Source: Bigelowiella natans CCMP2755 | Taxonomy: Eukaryota; Protista; Cercozoa | Reading direction: 5' to 3' | Assembly: GCA_000320545.1 (NCBI GenBank) | Contig: ADNK01000571.1 | Coordinates: 17,290-81,289, forward strand | Length of the DNA: 64,000 nt | In this document: positions 38,927 through 53,900 of the stretch, one piece after another | How positions within the stretch are numbered: position 1 is the stretch's first letter | How the letters are laid out: the number at the start of each line of letters is the position of its first letter | The notes under the pieces: model-generated | Told to the model about the DNA's origin: nothing | Seen by the model: only the letters and a program-made list of their open reading frames with translations | The model's database searches: none | Program-made: the position numbers and the translations under genes

Positions 38927-39170
38927 ATCCGCGACTCTACTATCATCTCTGCTAATCTAATAAAGCAAAACCATTGATATTTCGCCGGGAAGGCAAACTC
39001 TTCCCTCGTGACGTCCTTGGCTGAATTGATTCAGGGTCACGCAACAATATGAAACAAAGAACGCATAATTAGGACATGCACGGTATGGTTCCCTCCCGCT
39101 TCTTAGTAGTGTGTGGCATCATTCTCTTTGCGAGAAATTTCAGGGAAAACGACGATCCGGATCGCAGACA
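35300..39170 (-). CDS. Multi-exon hypothetical protein
   Basis: Many GT-AG-bounded, SSR-free exons, e.g. DVAAARYHYEGLQHWQEE, LSAARARSQFQSLEVVSCAQFAVEIQR, FGKIGYLTSTIVSPTPYAAAPFRDLV and QQETPRGFLLLQGCPFVTIARLVHECRQEL. One possible splice gives GCGSGS (SAM-binding-like), but this is not secure. Both ends are uncertain. Confidence 0.55.
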
Positions 39171-39297
39171 TTCTTCAACGAAATCAAGTGCCCTACTACT
39201 TACTGTAGGGGGGGGGGAAGATCACTGGTGTTTTTTGCACCGGTGATATTTGGGAGAAAACTCTATATTTTGATATTTATGGATGTTTGAGAGTTCT

Positions 39298-42200
39298 TCA
39301 TAAGAAGGCAATAAAGGAGGACAGGACTAGCAGCAGCAGCAGTAGTACTTTCTTCCACTCGCCGCTATCGTCCTGACTGTGAAGCCCCGTCATCCCTCCC
39401 GCGTCCTCTTTGGGTCCTTTTGCTCTCCCCCTTCCTTGCTTTCGGGAGTCTTCGATTGGAGGGGTGAAAGAGCCTTTATTGGGTGGTTGACTCCTGAGAA
39501 AACACAAAAATGCAGTTATGCACACACACACACACACGCACACACACACACACATACACACACTACGCACGCACACTACACACTACATACTACACACTCA
39601 CATGCTGAATATTTCTGATGATCTGCATACCCTCTCCTCAACATTACATAAAGAGACTACACCACCATCATCAGCTTCCTCCATGGTCTTCGGTCCCGCC
39701 CCTCTACCTCCCCCCCTCCCCAATCGTCATCAGTATCAAACACCAATCATTCCCATCGTCGTCAAAGTCATCATCAACCAAACCCAGGAACCTGGAGCGG
39801 GCACTGTCGCGTATTTTCCTCAGGGAATTCGGAGATTCACTGGAGAGCCTACGCAAATCGAGCGGTCCGATGTGCCTGGGAGGGAGGCGTAGGAGGCGGG
39901 CCTTGTCGCCGCCCCCTCCTTTCCCTTCGTCTTCCTCGACGCTGCAGCTTCTCTCTTTCCTACGCGGTGTGGTGATGGAACGGGTGCTCGTAGATGACTC
40001 CAGGTGGGACAGATGCATGCCCCGTGGAGATCGACGACGTCGAGAAGAAGCAGCGGAAGAGGGGGGGGAGGGAGAGTGGCCATGGTGGTGGTGGTGCTGC
40101 TGCTCCTGTGAAATAGATGATAGATCGAATCTTCGAGAATCGTCGTTTTGGTCGTGGCCACCCATCGTCTTTCCAGCTGCTACCGCGCCCTCGCCCCGCT
40201 TTGGAGGGCTGCTCTTGCTCCTTGGACGGCGGGGGATGCCTAGTCCTCCCTTCTGCTCCAAATCGCAGGGAGGGGAGGGGGCAAGAGGGTTGAGGAGAGG
40301 AAAATTGCTTTCAGAACCTTTGCCTCCGGCGGTTGCATTTGATGTTTCCGCAGCCGCCGCCAACGACATTCCGTCGGAGTCACGAGGATGTGACTGTTGT
40401 ATCGATGAAGAAGACGAAGAAGAAGGAGCCAACGGCAAGTGCCTATTTGCGAGGTATACGAGTCTCATCATCGTCCTCATCGTTCGAGCAAGAAGCATAT
40501 AATGAGCGCTATTTTTGCTCTCCGCCAGCACAACACATTCACCGCAACGCATGGCATACACCCCTGCTGCACAACGCAAGACTCACCTGTCAGATGATGG
40601 CATTGAAGCCAATTTCGGTGATTTAGACAACGGCATTGCCATTGCCCCCCCCTTGGGTGGTCCTTTCCCATGATTGTCGGAGGTGGGGGCTGGTAGTTTG
40701 AGCTTGGACGACCCTTGCCGCCCTATTCGCGACGTCTTTGCTATTATGTGCTTGTGTAGCGGCTGAATGTGTGTACTGTAGAAACACTTCTTCGGATTAC
40801 CAACCTGCTCGCGTTGAGAAGAGGAAGAGAGTGGGGAGGGATGGGGTGGCAATCAAATAATGAGGCGAATAAAATATCTGGCGGCCACCATTTCTCCCCC
40901 GCCTCCCCTCTCTCTCTCTCTGTATGCGCTTATATTTCAGATTAGTAATGGCTGTCAGTGCTATTTCCGGCGCTGGTAGACAAGAATGGGCATGGAATAA
41001 CAACGACACCTTGGCCACCATTTCAAGAGACATCTTCATCGACTCCACATCCATGGGGAATACCTTTTCAGGAGAAAGAAAAAATAGAGAAAGGAATAAG
41101 GAAAAAAATAGTTTATTTGCTGCTGACTATTCTCTTCGTCATCACCATCATCTTCATCATTATTATCGTCTGCAACATCATGTTGCTTGGCCTCCCCCCC
41201 CCCCCTCCCCCCCCGGCCTAATTCTTTACCTGCTCAAAATGACCAAACTTGCTCGGATCGCAGCCAAAGTTCCCTCCGTAGCCTCTGCAGTAGGGGAAGA
41301 TGCGGACGTAAGACTTAGGAGATTTGCACTCGCATCATATCATATATTTGGTATGTTAAAAATGTTCTCTTTTTCCTCTTCTCCCCTCATTTCCTCTCCT
41401 TTCCTCCTTCCGTCGCAAAATTGTGCATCCATACTTCACGAAGTCTTCGATAGCCTTGGTGTCTCCTGCGGATGAATAAATAAAAAGCAGCAGCACCGGT
41501 GAGTGATCATATATGGCTGTGAGAAGGAAGAAGATGGTGGCGACGTAACAAAGTAGCGCAGAAATCCACATGTCTCCTTGTTCTTGTTTGTTCAAGATGA
41601 TTGTAAGCTCCGCTTCCTCCTCCTTATGTCTATGATCCGAGCCCTGCATCTTCTTCGTTTATCACGTTCCCTTCTCCTCCCCCCCCCCTCCTTACTCTCC
41701 TCCTTCGCTCCCTACTTCGTTTGTAACATACCTCTCGCTTCAAACGACTTGATTCTACGCAGCATCCGCACGGCCGAACCCTACGGATATGATCATCATC
41801 ATTAACATCACGAGGAGGAGGGGGAGGAGAAGGAGGAGTGGGGGAGGCAGTGCCGTTCATGGAGGGACACAAACGATCGGCTGGCGCATGGCTAGCACCA
41901 AAAAAAAGTTCCTCAAAGTCCCTCCTTGCTATGTTCGGTCAATGTTCTTCTGCATATCCCTGGCACCGCGTGTGCAATTGCCATGTACCAGAAAGAGAGG
42001 GAGGGAGAGGAAGGTGGGGGGTCTGACCTGGGAGGAAGTCCTTGAAGGACCTGGAGGAGCGCCACGAGACGCCTTTAATTACGGGAGAGGACAGCAGGTG
42101 AAAAAGAGAGCAGCCAGTGGTTAGATTATTAGTGCGATCACTGCCAATAAGACTGGTGGCACCACACTCGTTCTGACCCTCTCGTCCATGCGTAGAAGCG

Positions 42201-45200
42201 CACACAGATTATCGAGCAACTCCGTCTTCAACTGCACATCTAGAGCTGGGGTGGGGGGGGGGGGGGGCAGCCACAGAGATCAGAGTGATAGCAAGCATCG
42301 ACGAAGACAAGAGAACGCGCTCAAGATGCTCCTCCTCGTATGAAGATTCATCTTGGAAGAAAGAGGAGAGACGAGGGGGGGGGGTAGTGGTAATAGTAGC
42401 AGTAGCAGCACTACTAGTAGTAATAGCAGTAGTAGCAGTATCACCATCTGAACTATCTACTGCTATGCTACCCGTTGTCATGTTCAGAGAGGGTTCCATA
42501 TTGACTTCAATCAGATGCAGGTTAAGCTGCGAGAGACATCCGCCAACAGTAGGAAGGAGCACGAGTCATCAAAGATCGTAAAAACCGCTAGCAGCAGCAG
42601 CAGAGCAGCAGCGGCGCCGACGACGAAAAGGGAACGCATCATGGCAAAGGGAAGGGAGGCGATGACAATAACTTAAACAATTCCCCTCTACATAAGAAGG
42701 TTATCAACCCGCGAGGGTGGGAGGTTGCTCAATGGAGAAGCTAGGAAAGACCAAAACAACTCATACCTTGGCGTCTATGAAGATATCAAACCCCAATAAC
42801 TCGAAGCAGGAGCTGTATTCCCCGCACTGATGAACGGCAGAGGAATTGTCAACAAAGGATCTCTGAGAATTCCCCCCCCCCCCCCCCCCCCTCCATTCCC
42901 TATCCTAGACTAGAACGGTTCGATAGGAAATGTGGCAGAGCAACTTTCGCCACCAGAGCTGTGAAGAGATACTATGGCTGTCGATTTGCACCTCGGTGTG
43001 TATCTCTCACGTTGGGAAGTAGAGCGGGAAGGTAATGCAAAGAACATGAATTCATCGGTATTTTCGCAGTCTAGCCGGTTGATCGCATCTCCTTCTTCTT
43101 CTTGTTCACGCTCCTACTACCTCTCCGATCAGAATTGCTAATGTTCTAGTCATGAGCGATCGCATCCCCTTCCACATCCGTGAAGGGTTCACTCTGGAAG
43201 GAAGAGGATGGGAAGTGTGGGTTGCGCGTGAATTTCCGCGAGATACGGCGATAACAACTTTTTGGTTTGGAAGGGAGGGGGGGGGGGGGAGAAAATATTC
43301 GTGGAAGCCACGGGAGGACTTCCTCTCTAAAGGAGCGCCACTTCAACGCTGCTACGACGACGACGACGACGACTACCCGTTTTTCTCCATATAGTCCAGC
43401 AGCATCTTTAGCGTCCACTTGCACGAAGAAGAAGCAGAAGCTGCAGAGTTATGCAATTCAGAAGACGCGGATGACTCCATGGAGGTCCTTTCTGTGTTGT
43501 CTCCCCCCCCTTCAGTTTTGTGCTCTTCTTGCGCTTGTAGCACATCGTTACTAGCCGTCTTAGTGACAACAGCCTTGTTCTTCTTGTTGATTGTGAAGTT
43601 CGTGAGATGTGCAAAGAGATTGGAGTGCTCCGCACCGTCGTAGCTACCAGCACCATGATGGAATATAAATGATAGTGATGATGATGATGATAATGATAAT
43701 GATGAGGTGATGATGTTAAGGTTTATATGAATTATTGTACTAAATATATAACCCAACCACCCAACCCCCCCCCCCCCCCTTCCTTCCCATGTTCTTCTAT
43801 ACTAAAATTTCAAGAGTTGGGTTTTTGCTGATACTTCTCAGTACTGAGACGGACGAGCCCCTTCTTGTACACCAAAGCATTGAACGGCCACGTGCTCGTT
43901 ATCTTTCATCAGAAACAAAAAAATAATAATATTGATAATAATTACCGCATAGAAACACGGCCTAACGACAATCATCGTACAAGTCCTCATATATCTTATT
44001 TCGCATACATCCGTGCTGCTTCCATCTTTGAAAACACACGCAAAGGGTCATTGTAGATAATAAGAGCCACGCAAATTCTCGTAGCAGCAGCAGGAGGAGC
44101 AGATGTATCACTGTTGAGCACGTGCACTGTACCAGGGCATACGTGCGTACGTCAAACTTCTTCCCCCCCAACAAGTACGGCTTCGCAAGATACCTACACG
44201 TACAGAGGAAGAGAGAGGGGAGGGGCCAGGGAGCGGCGATGAGAGCTCAAACGAGAAAGCATTCCGACAATTGAAGCTCTGGATGCATCATATACTTATT
44301 TTTCGTTTGCGCCATTCATTCCTCTATCGCCTCTGTGTGGCGTGTGGAGGGGTGGGGAATGTGTGTGCATGGATATCTCTCTCGTTCGTTGGATCATCGT
44401 AATACCGCTGCACGACCCATATACCGTAGCTCCCAAATCTTAAGCCCCCTCCTCCTCCTCCTCCTCCTCCTCCTCCTCCTCCTCCCCCATTTTCCAAGGA
44501 CGCAGGATTTCCGCTTTTCTTATTATCACCCTTATCCTTTCTCCGTCCATCAGCAGTTTTCTTCGCCGACCCTGTTTTCGTCACCGTCGTAGTGGTCCTC
44601 GGTACCTTCTTAGCGGCTGAGCTTCCTTTGCCTATGATGCTGCTGCTCCTTCTCCCAAGCCTGCTACCACCACTACCAGCAGCACCTGTTTTGCTGCCCA
44701 ACCTACGCACGCTACCTTTCCTCTCGAGCCGTTTGGCCTTCGCCTAAAGTATTTCGAAACAACACAATTGGCAGATGTGCGAGGGAGTGTGGAAGTACAG
44801 GGGACACACACATACACACACACACAGGGAGAGAGAAGGGGGGGGGGGGGGGGTAACATCTTTCTCGTTTATCATCCACCGCAAATCACATAGATAGGCA
44901 AGATGAATAGTGCAGTATGCAATTATTCTCGAGGAACCAACAAATATTAGGTGTGCTATCTCTTCTTTCCTAGCCTCCTCTCCCCTCCCCCTTTTCCCTT
45001 TACCAGGGCCTTCTCCGCCTTTTCCTTTTCCAATAGCTTCTGGTTCTCAAGAAGCTTGCTCTGAAGCTGTGGCATTAAGAAATACGTGTTTGCATAAGAG
45101 GACAAAATTCGCATAAATTCCGTAAATTTGTGTAGTTATTCAGCCGCAACTGAGAGATGCAAAAGGTATGACCTCATCGTAGGAGCGAAATAGAAAGATA

Positions 45201-45287
45201 CCCCTTCCACGCGATAGACGTGCTGGCTTGCAGATGTAGAGTGGTGATGCCTTTCATCATTAGTAGTTGTGCGTTGTGAGCTCACGT

Positions 45288-45332
<45 letters not shown>

Positions 45333-46563
45333 CGGAGGATCTATCGGCCCTCGCAGTGCTATGTTCTCGTGTTGGTGGGTAAAAGAAAGATACAGTGTTG
45401 GTGACAATACTGGTGGAGTTAGAGCAATAATGAAAACGTGAATGACGACGACGACGACGACGACGATGATGATAAAGAAGATGATGATGCATATAAACCT
45501 TCGAGCTAAGCTTGTATTTCTTCTCTTCCGATAGGAGCAACGTCTCAATCTCATTGGCCTTTTCAACGCACCGTAGAATTATGCATAGTGGGGGGAAGAA
45601 TACTTCAGAAAAATGTTGGGCGAAAACATGCACGCTCATACGCGATGGCAGAGGAGAAGCACCTGTGTGGGCAGCACCCAGGTCTTTGGAACAAAAGCGT
45701 ACGATGATCCGAACTTTGATCTCATTTTCTGAGGAGACAACATTGGATTGTCATGTGGGATGCATCATCCTTAGGATACTACTGGCCCTAATCATCGTTG
45801 GTAGCTTTTTAAGAGGCGAGATGATGATGATGATGATGATGATGATGGTACTACTACCTCCATGTTCTTTGCCAGAAGGTCTTTGGAGGTCACGCACTGA
45901 TAGCATACAACATACGTGCATGCGTGGTGAGACAACGACACACGCTCTCTGAAGTCTCGATGGACTATCTTATTTGCTATCGGGCGAAGGACCTTTTGGC
46001 CGTCAAGTTTATTCAGATACTGAAATGCCTTGGAGTTCTACGGTTGATACCAAAATCGTGTGTGTTTTTTGTGTGTGTCTGTGTCTCTTGGAGGGGAGAG
46101 CCTGTATTAATGTGCATGTGAGGATGAGAGAGGGAGGGAAAGAGAGAGGAGAGAGAGTTTAAGCTCTTGTGTGACCTCATAAACGAAAATGGGGAATCGT
46201 TTCGTCTTCCACCATAGGTGCCAGCCTCTATCTTCATCGGTTTTTTCATTCCACACACGCCAGCCTCTGTCTTTGAAGTATTGCCTCACCTGGTTTGGAA
46301 ATAGCCGATCATCTATCATCGTTCACTATGACCACCATTCGCTCATGCCCCCACGTCCCTCCTCTCCACCATCCTCACACCAGAAAAAATGATGGTTTTA
46401 AGCTTAAAATAGCCTCATGGGTGGAACCCGTCGGTGAGAGCTCGAATACAAAACATGTAATAACAAGGAGAATGATGTATGTGACCGAAGACTCGACGAT
46501 TTCGCCAAAACGCACGATCTTCTCCCCATTTTTTTTCCTCCTCCTGCCTCCAGATGAACGCAT
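39298..46563 (-). CDS. Tubulin-tyrosine-ligase-like (TTLL) polyglutamylase/glycylase family protein
   Basis: WHLWW, CVTSKDLLAKNME|KMRSKFGSSYAFVPKTWVLP, YICKPARLSRGRGIFL, RYLAKPYLLGGKKFDVRTYALV, GLVRLSTEKY, AHLTNFTINK, KWTL, CFELLGFDIFID and HLIEVNMEPSL. Confidence 0.93.
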
Positions 46564-46877
46564 CGAGGCCGATTAAATACGTATATCCCAAGAATCCCGA
46601 TCCGCTCGGCTCCGGGCTTTCACGGCCGCAGAGAGGATCAGTATGAGTCAGGGGCGGGGGCGGTAGTCAAGGGCTTCGCTGCCGGGCAAAACTCCAAAAA
46701 GTCGGTAGGATATTTTAAGGTGTTTTCGGTTCCGAGAATGCCGTTACCTCACAACAACTGAAACATACATCTCTCCGAGACGAGCAGTCCAACTGACTCC
46801 TGGGAAAATAACGCCAATACAAGGTCGTTTCCAGGAGCGCGAATGCACAAAAATCCCCTGAGTTCCCATTCTGCGAC

Positions 46878-47974
46878 ATGGATATAACGACCAAATCGAT
46901 CATCGGAATTCCGTTCTGGTTCCTGCTGCTGTTCTCCTTGTATTCACACACGCCTGCAGATCTTCCGGAACCTCGCCCCCCCCCAACCTACCGACTAGAA
47001 GAAGCGGCAATCCACCTTGACCTGAATTCCGTGAACCTCTGAATGGGGGGTTATCTATTGACGATCTACAGATGAGGATTTCGGCGAACGGTCGAATTGA
47101 TTCCCCGAAATAGGAGCGGGACCCTCCGAAAATGTTTCATTTTTATTCTGTCTGTAGGAATTTTAGCGACTCTATTGGTTATTTGGCTCTGGGCCGGGTA
47201 CACGGTGCGAGCTGATCAACTAGTACCTGGGGTATCTACTTTTCTAAAGGAGGACAGCACACAGAAATTCTACATCGAGGTTGGTTACGTCGTATCATGA
47301 ATAATGGTCTACCGCGTGTGTTGTTGAAAAAGATACGCATCTCCGTTAGCATTCACGAAGATTTCCAATTACATAATTATCACCACTACTACCACCATCA
47401 TCATCATCATCATTATATTTCTCATCACGCAGGTGAAAGATGACCAGGCTGTGCTAACAGAGTCACAATATCACGATCTGAGGGAAGCCTTAGTGCGGTG
47501 GCCTGTCGCTGAAGAAAGTTTGATCGAGATACACAAGGGCCCACATAAGTAGCAAAAATCAAATATAATACCAACTAGCATCATTGCCTTCCCCCCCCCC
47601 CCCCTTCCTCCTCTTCGATCAATGTACACACACACAGAGAGAGAGAGAGGGAGAGAGAAAGAGAGAGATATAATATTCTTAACATCAAATGATTCTGAGT
47701 CTTCGTAAATCAGACTGAAAGATCTGTACTGGGAGGCGAAGCGTCTCTTGAAAAGTCAGAAGCTCATGGTGACCATCTTGGTAGGGAATTATGCATAAGT
47801 GACGTTGCGTATGAAAAGCCGAAATAGATTGTAAAATCTCAACTTTATTTTCATTCGTGCCTGTGATTGCTCCAGATCGACGACGCCTCCCAGCAGGCGG
47901 CAATTGTATATTCAAGCAGAACGGATGTAATTCGTATACCATTTTGTCCGAAAAGCATAGACCAATCTATACCA

Positions 47975-48006
<32 letters not shown>

Positions 48007-48808
48007 CCTAAGACACATCCAGCAAGGTCAAATCCTACATAACTACCAGCCCACGTGCATGCAAAAGCATATATCTGGGGTTGTTTCCAGATCTGATAAG
48101 GTAGAAGAGAGATCGTCCGTCGTCGTTTACTATGCTTCAATTCGATACCATTACTTTATCACAAGAGAGTGTTTGACCATCTGGGAACTACTTGCCCGAT
48201 TTTTGAAACCAATCCTCATTGGCTTGGATATAGGGCCACTTTTATTCCGCGTTCGTGGATGTGCTCGAAGATCTTCCCAGGTTGTCTGGGGAAGGGGGGA
48301 GGGGGGAGCCGACAAGCACCAAAAAATGAGCTCGAAACCAGGGCAGGGGCTAGCATAGTCTTTCTCATAATTGCCATCATCATTCGTATCGTCGAGACAC
48401 ATATTGTCATGCTCATTGCTCCCTAAGCTGTTGCTTCGGCTGTGTAGAGTTGTCCGTGAAACCCAATGCCACATTCCCTTCGATAATCACGAGATTACCC
48501 CTGGATTCTGGTAGTACCCCGATTAGAGGAGTCTGTGTGCTAGCGCATCGTGTGCGTGGTGATGGCCATTTGCTGCTGTTGTGTGCGACCGTTGCAGGTG
48601 GCTCTCTCGTCTGGTCATGACCGCTATAGTAATCGGAATTGGAACACTGATGTGTGATCCAAATTACCATCATGCCATAGCAAATAGTATCACCAATAGC
48701 ATCAGCAGCTCTCAAGCGGGCGATGATAGTGCCAAAGGCGATTCCAAAGGATCGGGCTTAAATCTCAGAGATGTGATTGCAAAGGCTCTGCTTCCCGATT
48801 TACATTAG
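46878..48808 (+). CDS. Hypothetical membrane protein
   Basis: In-frame spliced exons KCFIFILSVGILATLLVIWLWAGY...FYIE|VKDDQAVLTESQYHDLREAL...HK|LKDLYWEAKRLL|IDDASQQAAIVY...WLSRLVMTAIVIGIGTLM...LPDLH*. The start is uncertain. Confidence 0.6.
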
Positions 48809-49080
48809 TCGGTATATATCGGTAAGTTTCCGAATGAATTTAACGCTAGCCAACAAAAAAATAAATCAAGGAAACATGAAATCAAGAAAAAAAATGATAT
48901 CAATATGGTTGTAATAAAAACACAAATGAGCAGCAGCAGCGCCATAATCATGTTCCATAACTTGCTTGAATATATCGTGAACCTAATGATAGCCTTGCAC
49001 AAGTCGCAATAGAGCACATTTCGCTTTGTAATAGCAACGAAATTTGACCGTCGCGTTGTTTGACACATCTATATCCATTG

Positions 49081-49113
<33 letters not shown>

Positions 49114-49354
49114 CATGCTGATCGAGCTGTTAAATAGTGAGAAGATGCGAGTAGGTGCAGGAAGGTGATGCTGTCGATTATGTGCGTACGGCCAATAGAT
49201 AATGCATACATTATTTAACATTAACCAAGCAGTCACTGGCGCAACTACACCCCGATGAGACTCACATATATTATGTCAATATACGCAGCACGATACTGCA
49301 GTACATTGCTAACATGCCATGAATAGCTTTCTCGGCCATAATCGTCGTGTTGCT

Positions 49355-49521
49355 TTACTTATCTACATATTTAATTTCAAGAGTTTTGAGGCTGTTCATC
49401 GGGTAGTGGCTTGGTGTATCTTCATCGATGTCGCTGTCTTCTTCATCGCCGTCCATCTCACCCCCGATAATCACAGCCTTAGAGGGATTTTAGAAATGTC
49501 AGAAAATGAAATTCCGCATTA

Positions 49522-49559
<38 letters not shown>

Positions 49560-50891
49560 AAATGCACACGTTCATGCGTACCGTCACAAAGATTCTATCT
49601 TTGTCTGTGGAAGTTGTTGCTCCTCCTCCTTCTGACTTGGCCCCGGAGTTTCTTCTTCTGCTGGAGGTGGCGTGGTTACAATCACCAGCGCCACTTTTTG
49701 CGATGATCGCTGTGTGGCCTGCAATGGGCGGCATGGTAGGGTCTGGCCGCACCTCAGTCCAGTACCTTCATATTTCCAAAAACGAAGATGAATAATCGAT
49801 CAGACGACAACACCGTGCTCTATTCCCTCCGGCTCACACTCGCCCGCCGCATCATCGTCTCACGGATGTTCACGTTTTTCGTTGATTACTACCACACGCC
49901 TCCGACGTCGTTGAGGATCCAGGCGTCGTTCAGGGCTTCGCCATCCACTCCGCAGCCTCCCATTACCAAATACCTCCCACTCCCGCTCACAGAACCCTGC
50001 AGAGGGGTCATTGTGTGCCGGTAGCGAGGGGAGGGGGAAGGATTGGAATCCTCCCATTCTTCTTCATCACCCCGCCCCTCCTCCTCCTCCTCCTCCTCTC
50101 CTGTGGCATGAGCCGCCGTCGATATCTTTATCTTTCGCCACTCCCAAGTCTTACAAAGCAGCACATATACGTCTCCAAAGACTTCCACCCCCCCGCCCAT
50201 GTCGAGGGAACACCCGCCGTACACCAGCATCCCTTCGCTTGCACCCCCCCCTGTGCCCTTCTCGTCGGGGGCGGCAGCAATTGTCTGATGATGGGATTCG
50301 GAGGGAGAAAATATGAAAAACCAAGTGTTTGTTTGGACAAAGACATGACGTCACAGTAGCAGCAGCAGCAGCAGCGGCGGCGGTGGCGGTTTCGTTCTAA
50401 GTCGATTAATGGGGTGATAGCGTTGGCCTATGATGGTTATAGTGTAGCAGCATGCATTGCCGATGGTTATAGTGTAGCAGCATGCATTGTGTGCAGGAAA
50501 ATGTATGATGGAGAGGAGAGAGGACAAGACTACGACATAGAATAGAGAGATCAACACATCCTACCACGGCGCAATGGTAAGCTCTTGGAGCTGGGGTGTC
50601 GCCGCTTGCTGCTGTATCTACTGCACTATCATCAGCACCGCTATCGTGACCATGGTCTTCATTGCCATTGTAGCTCATTGTGCGCAGACGCGTCCAGGTG
50701 TTTCGGGGCAGACTGTATACAAAGGGCGGAAGTTGTTGTTGTTGTTGTTATTGTTGTAGTGGTAATCATTTTCAAAAACACTATACGGAGAGGAGATCAC
50801 CACTGAGAATCTTCGAGGTACGGGAACATTGTATCCCTTCCCCACCTGGTCTAACTATCTACCACCAATCATATATTGTTGCTGCTCTAAC

Positions 50892-50930
<39 letters not shown>

Positions 50931-53900
50931 AACTTTTCCCCTCCTTCTTCTTCTTCTACTTCTTTTTCTTCTTCTTCTGTTTTCCTCCTCCTCAGCCTCT
51001 TTCCTACCTGTAAAGGTACGAGTCGTTAAGATACGTAGCGAGGTTTTTACCGCCGAATACCAACAAATGCGGTTCGTTGTCCTTGTCGTAGACTTCGCAC
51101 GCCGTGTGACCTGCACGGCCTCGTGGACAGGTTCCTTGGAAGGAATGGGGGATGACGGTATAATTACGTTATTCTGCCGGACGATGAAAGCAAATGCTGC
51201 TGCTGCTGCTGCTGCTGAAAGGTAGGAGCCACAAGCACCCCGTGCAAGCCTCTCCGCTACCACCCATTCTCTACCGCCGCAACTTTACCGAATGGTAGTC
51301 GTTTGCCCCACATCCCTGTCCTCAATATTACAGCAGCAGCAGCAACAACAACAACAACATCTACTACTACTCCTACCACCGCCACATACTACTACTTACT
51401 ACTGGCGAACACCTTTGTTCTTAAGAACGCGCCAAGATAGGCTCGCTAAATCCAGATCGAGCACGTCCTTGAGCATGGCTCGCTCCCCGCAGCCGCCAAA
51501 CACGATGATGTGCTTTCCGTACTTGAGCGACGAGAAGAAGCACGCAGAGTGGTCGTACCGACGAGATGGACCTGCTGCTGGCGCTGCTACCGCGGCGCTG
51601 GCCCTACCACAACCACACGCATGCATTGGTCAAAAATCGCAACCGCGCCAGTTTACGGTGTTTCCTACTCGTTCTCCTATTGACCTCACCAACACCCAAA
51701 ACACTTCACGTTTACGTATATTTCCCATTCTTCTCATTTTCTTCTTATCGCTGAGGCCCACCTGCTGCCACTGCCTACCAACGGGATCTCTGACCATTTT
51801 AGTGTTTGCGTGTCGAGGACGAGGGCGCTTTCCAGGCCGACTATGCTTGTCGCTCCCTGTGACTCGACGGCCCCCTTCCCCTCTTGCAACCCCCCGAGAA
51901 GAACCACGCTTCCCAATACGCGTGTCGCAGTGTGCCGGGATCTGCGCATCAGGATCGGGGGGGGGGAGGGGGGGGGAAGGAGTAGCAGGGCAGAAGGTGA
52001 AAAAAGGATGACTTTGTGTGTACGATTTTCCGACAGAAATCTGGCACATTTGTGTGCGTGTAGTATTTGTTTGACCACACCGAAGCGAAGGGGTGGTAGC
52101 AGGAAAGTAGTAAGCAGCACGCACGACGAGTGAGTAACATCGACTCGAGGTGACGACAGACACATGATGAAAGATAAAGATAAGACATGCATCACAAGGA
52201 GTTGCATGCTCTTATCGCTACGGCTACTGGTGGTGGTGGTGGTGGTGATGGTGGTGGATGTTGTTGTAGTTGCCTTGGAAGGGGAAACATCATCATCGTC
52301 GATGCCGCATGATCATCCTCAGTTCCAATGGGTTTCAGCGCAACTTCTCCGTAGTTTGAAGGCGCCACCTTCCCCAAAGCACGCGCGAATCCGTGGCTCT
52401 GGTTGCCCTTGGAAAAGAGAGAGACCACAGACACATTGAACGCTTCTCACTAATCAACGGCGAAATGTGCGCCATCTTGTACGCAAGCGTGTAAGTTGTG
52501 TGTGCGCGCGCGCAGTACCATCCGAAAGGACTTGTGTGGTTTGCCCGAGGATGACGATGAGGAGGAGGAGGATGATGATGAGGAGGAGGAGGAAGGCACT
52601 CGTTTATTCTTTCCCGACGACGAAATGATCAGATTCTCCATGAAAGGTTGGAGGTCTGACAGAGAGCCTTGCCTCACGAGAGGGGGCGGGACATTGCGGC
52701 GCCCTCCGCCGCTGTCAATCAAATAAACTAGTTAGTAGCCATCCTCATCACCACCACTTATGCTCAATGAATGGGGAATCCTGCCATTGCCCCCGTGGTA
52801 AAAAAAACAAGTGAATTAGTGCGTCGTTGTCGTTATCGTTGTCGTCGTCGTCGTCGTAGTTTCTGTTGTCATCGTAGAATACCCCTTCAACTTCATTGCC
52901 TCGTCTCTCCTTTTCTGTTTGTGGCGACGGCTGCGAAGCTGCGCATCCTCGAGGAATGACTCCATTCGTTCCGCGCGGCTCTCTTGATACCAGTTAGGAG
53001 GCTGTCGGAAGAATGACTTGTAGTTTCTGTTTTTCAGTGGGGAAGTAGGTGATAAGGATGAGGATGATCAGGATGATGATAATGATGATGACGACGACGA
53101 CGACGACCAGGCGAGCACGGGCATTGAGAACGCAATTTTCCACATCTATGCTGTATGATTCGCAGGTAGATGTGTTCTCACTTCTTCACGCGAATAATGT
53201 GATGACGTACGTGTTGTGTTCAGAGAGAAGGAAAGAGGGCGATAGTGACGTCTGGCCATTGCAAAGTGTTGAAGAGGAGACGGGTGGGGGGGGGAGACCT
53301 TGCTATAAGCACACGAGCTACCGTTGCTATGAGTTTGGCTGCAGTCTCCTCCTCCTGAGATGATCTCCCTCGTTCAAGTACTTTGAGTAGAAGAGGAAGG
53401 TTAGTGAGGAGTCAAGAAAGAATAGTTGTGTAATGAGAAAATAATGATGGAGCGTTGGTCCATAAAAATCGCCCCAACATTCCGATTTGCTTCCCTTAGC
53501 AGCAGCCATGTTACAGAGCAAAGAAGGGCCGGGGTGGGTAGTAGTAGTAATGGGAGAAAAACGGGAAATTTTTGGAGATATGCGACTAGGCCAGCATACC
53601 AGGAGGCCGTGTCTGCTTCTCTTCTCCTTCCAGGTGTTCGTTGTCCTGTTTATTATCATCCTGCATTTTCTTCGCTTTCCCTTCCTCCTCCTCCTCCTTC
53701 GCAATGAATTGCGACCATTCCCCACCGCCACCCTCCTGCTCCATCTCCTCCTCCTCTTGTTCCACCTCGTCGCCATCATCATCCATGGTCTTCAGCTTCA
53801 TCTCTTCATTAGCCTCTTCTTCTTTCATGCTGCTGTTGCTCGTAGGAGGAGGAGTGGGGCGACGGAACACGCGGATGCGCCCCTCCCCCCCACAGCGAAG

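Noticed and set aside
39618-40502. 294-aa plus-strand ORF
   Set aside because: It is the antisense shadow of a GC-rich, low-complexity TTLL exon on the minus strand.
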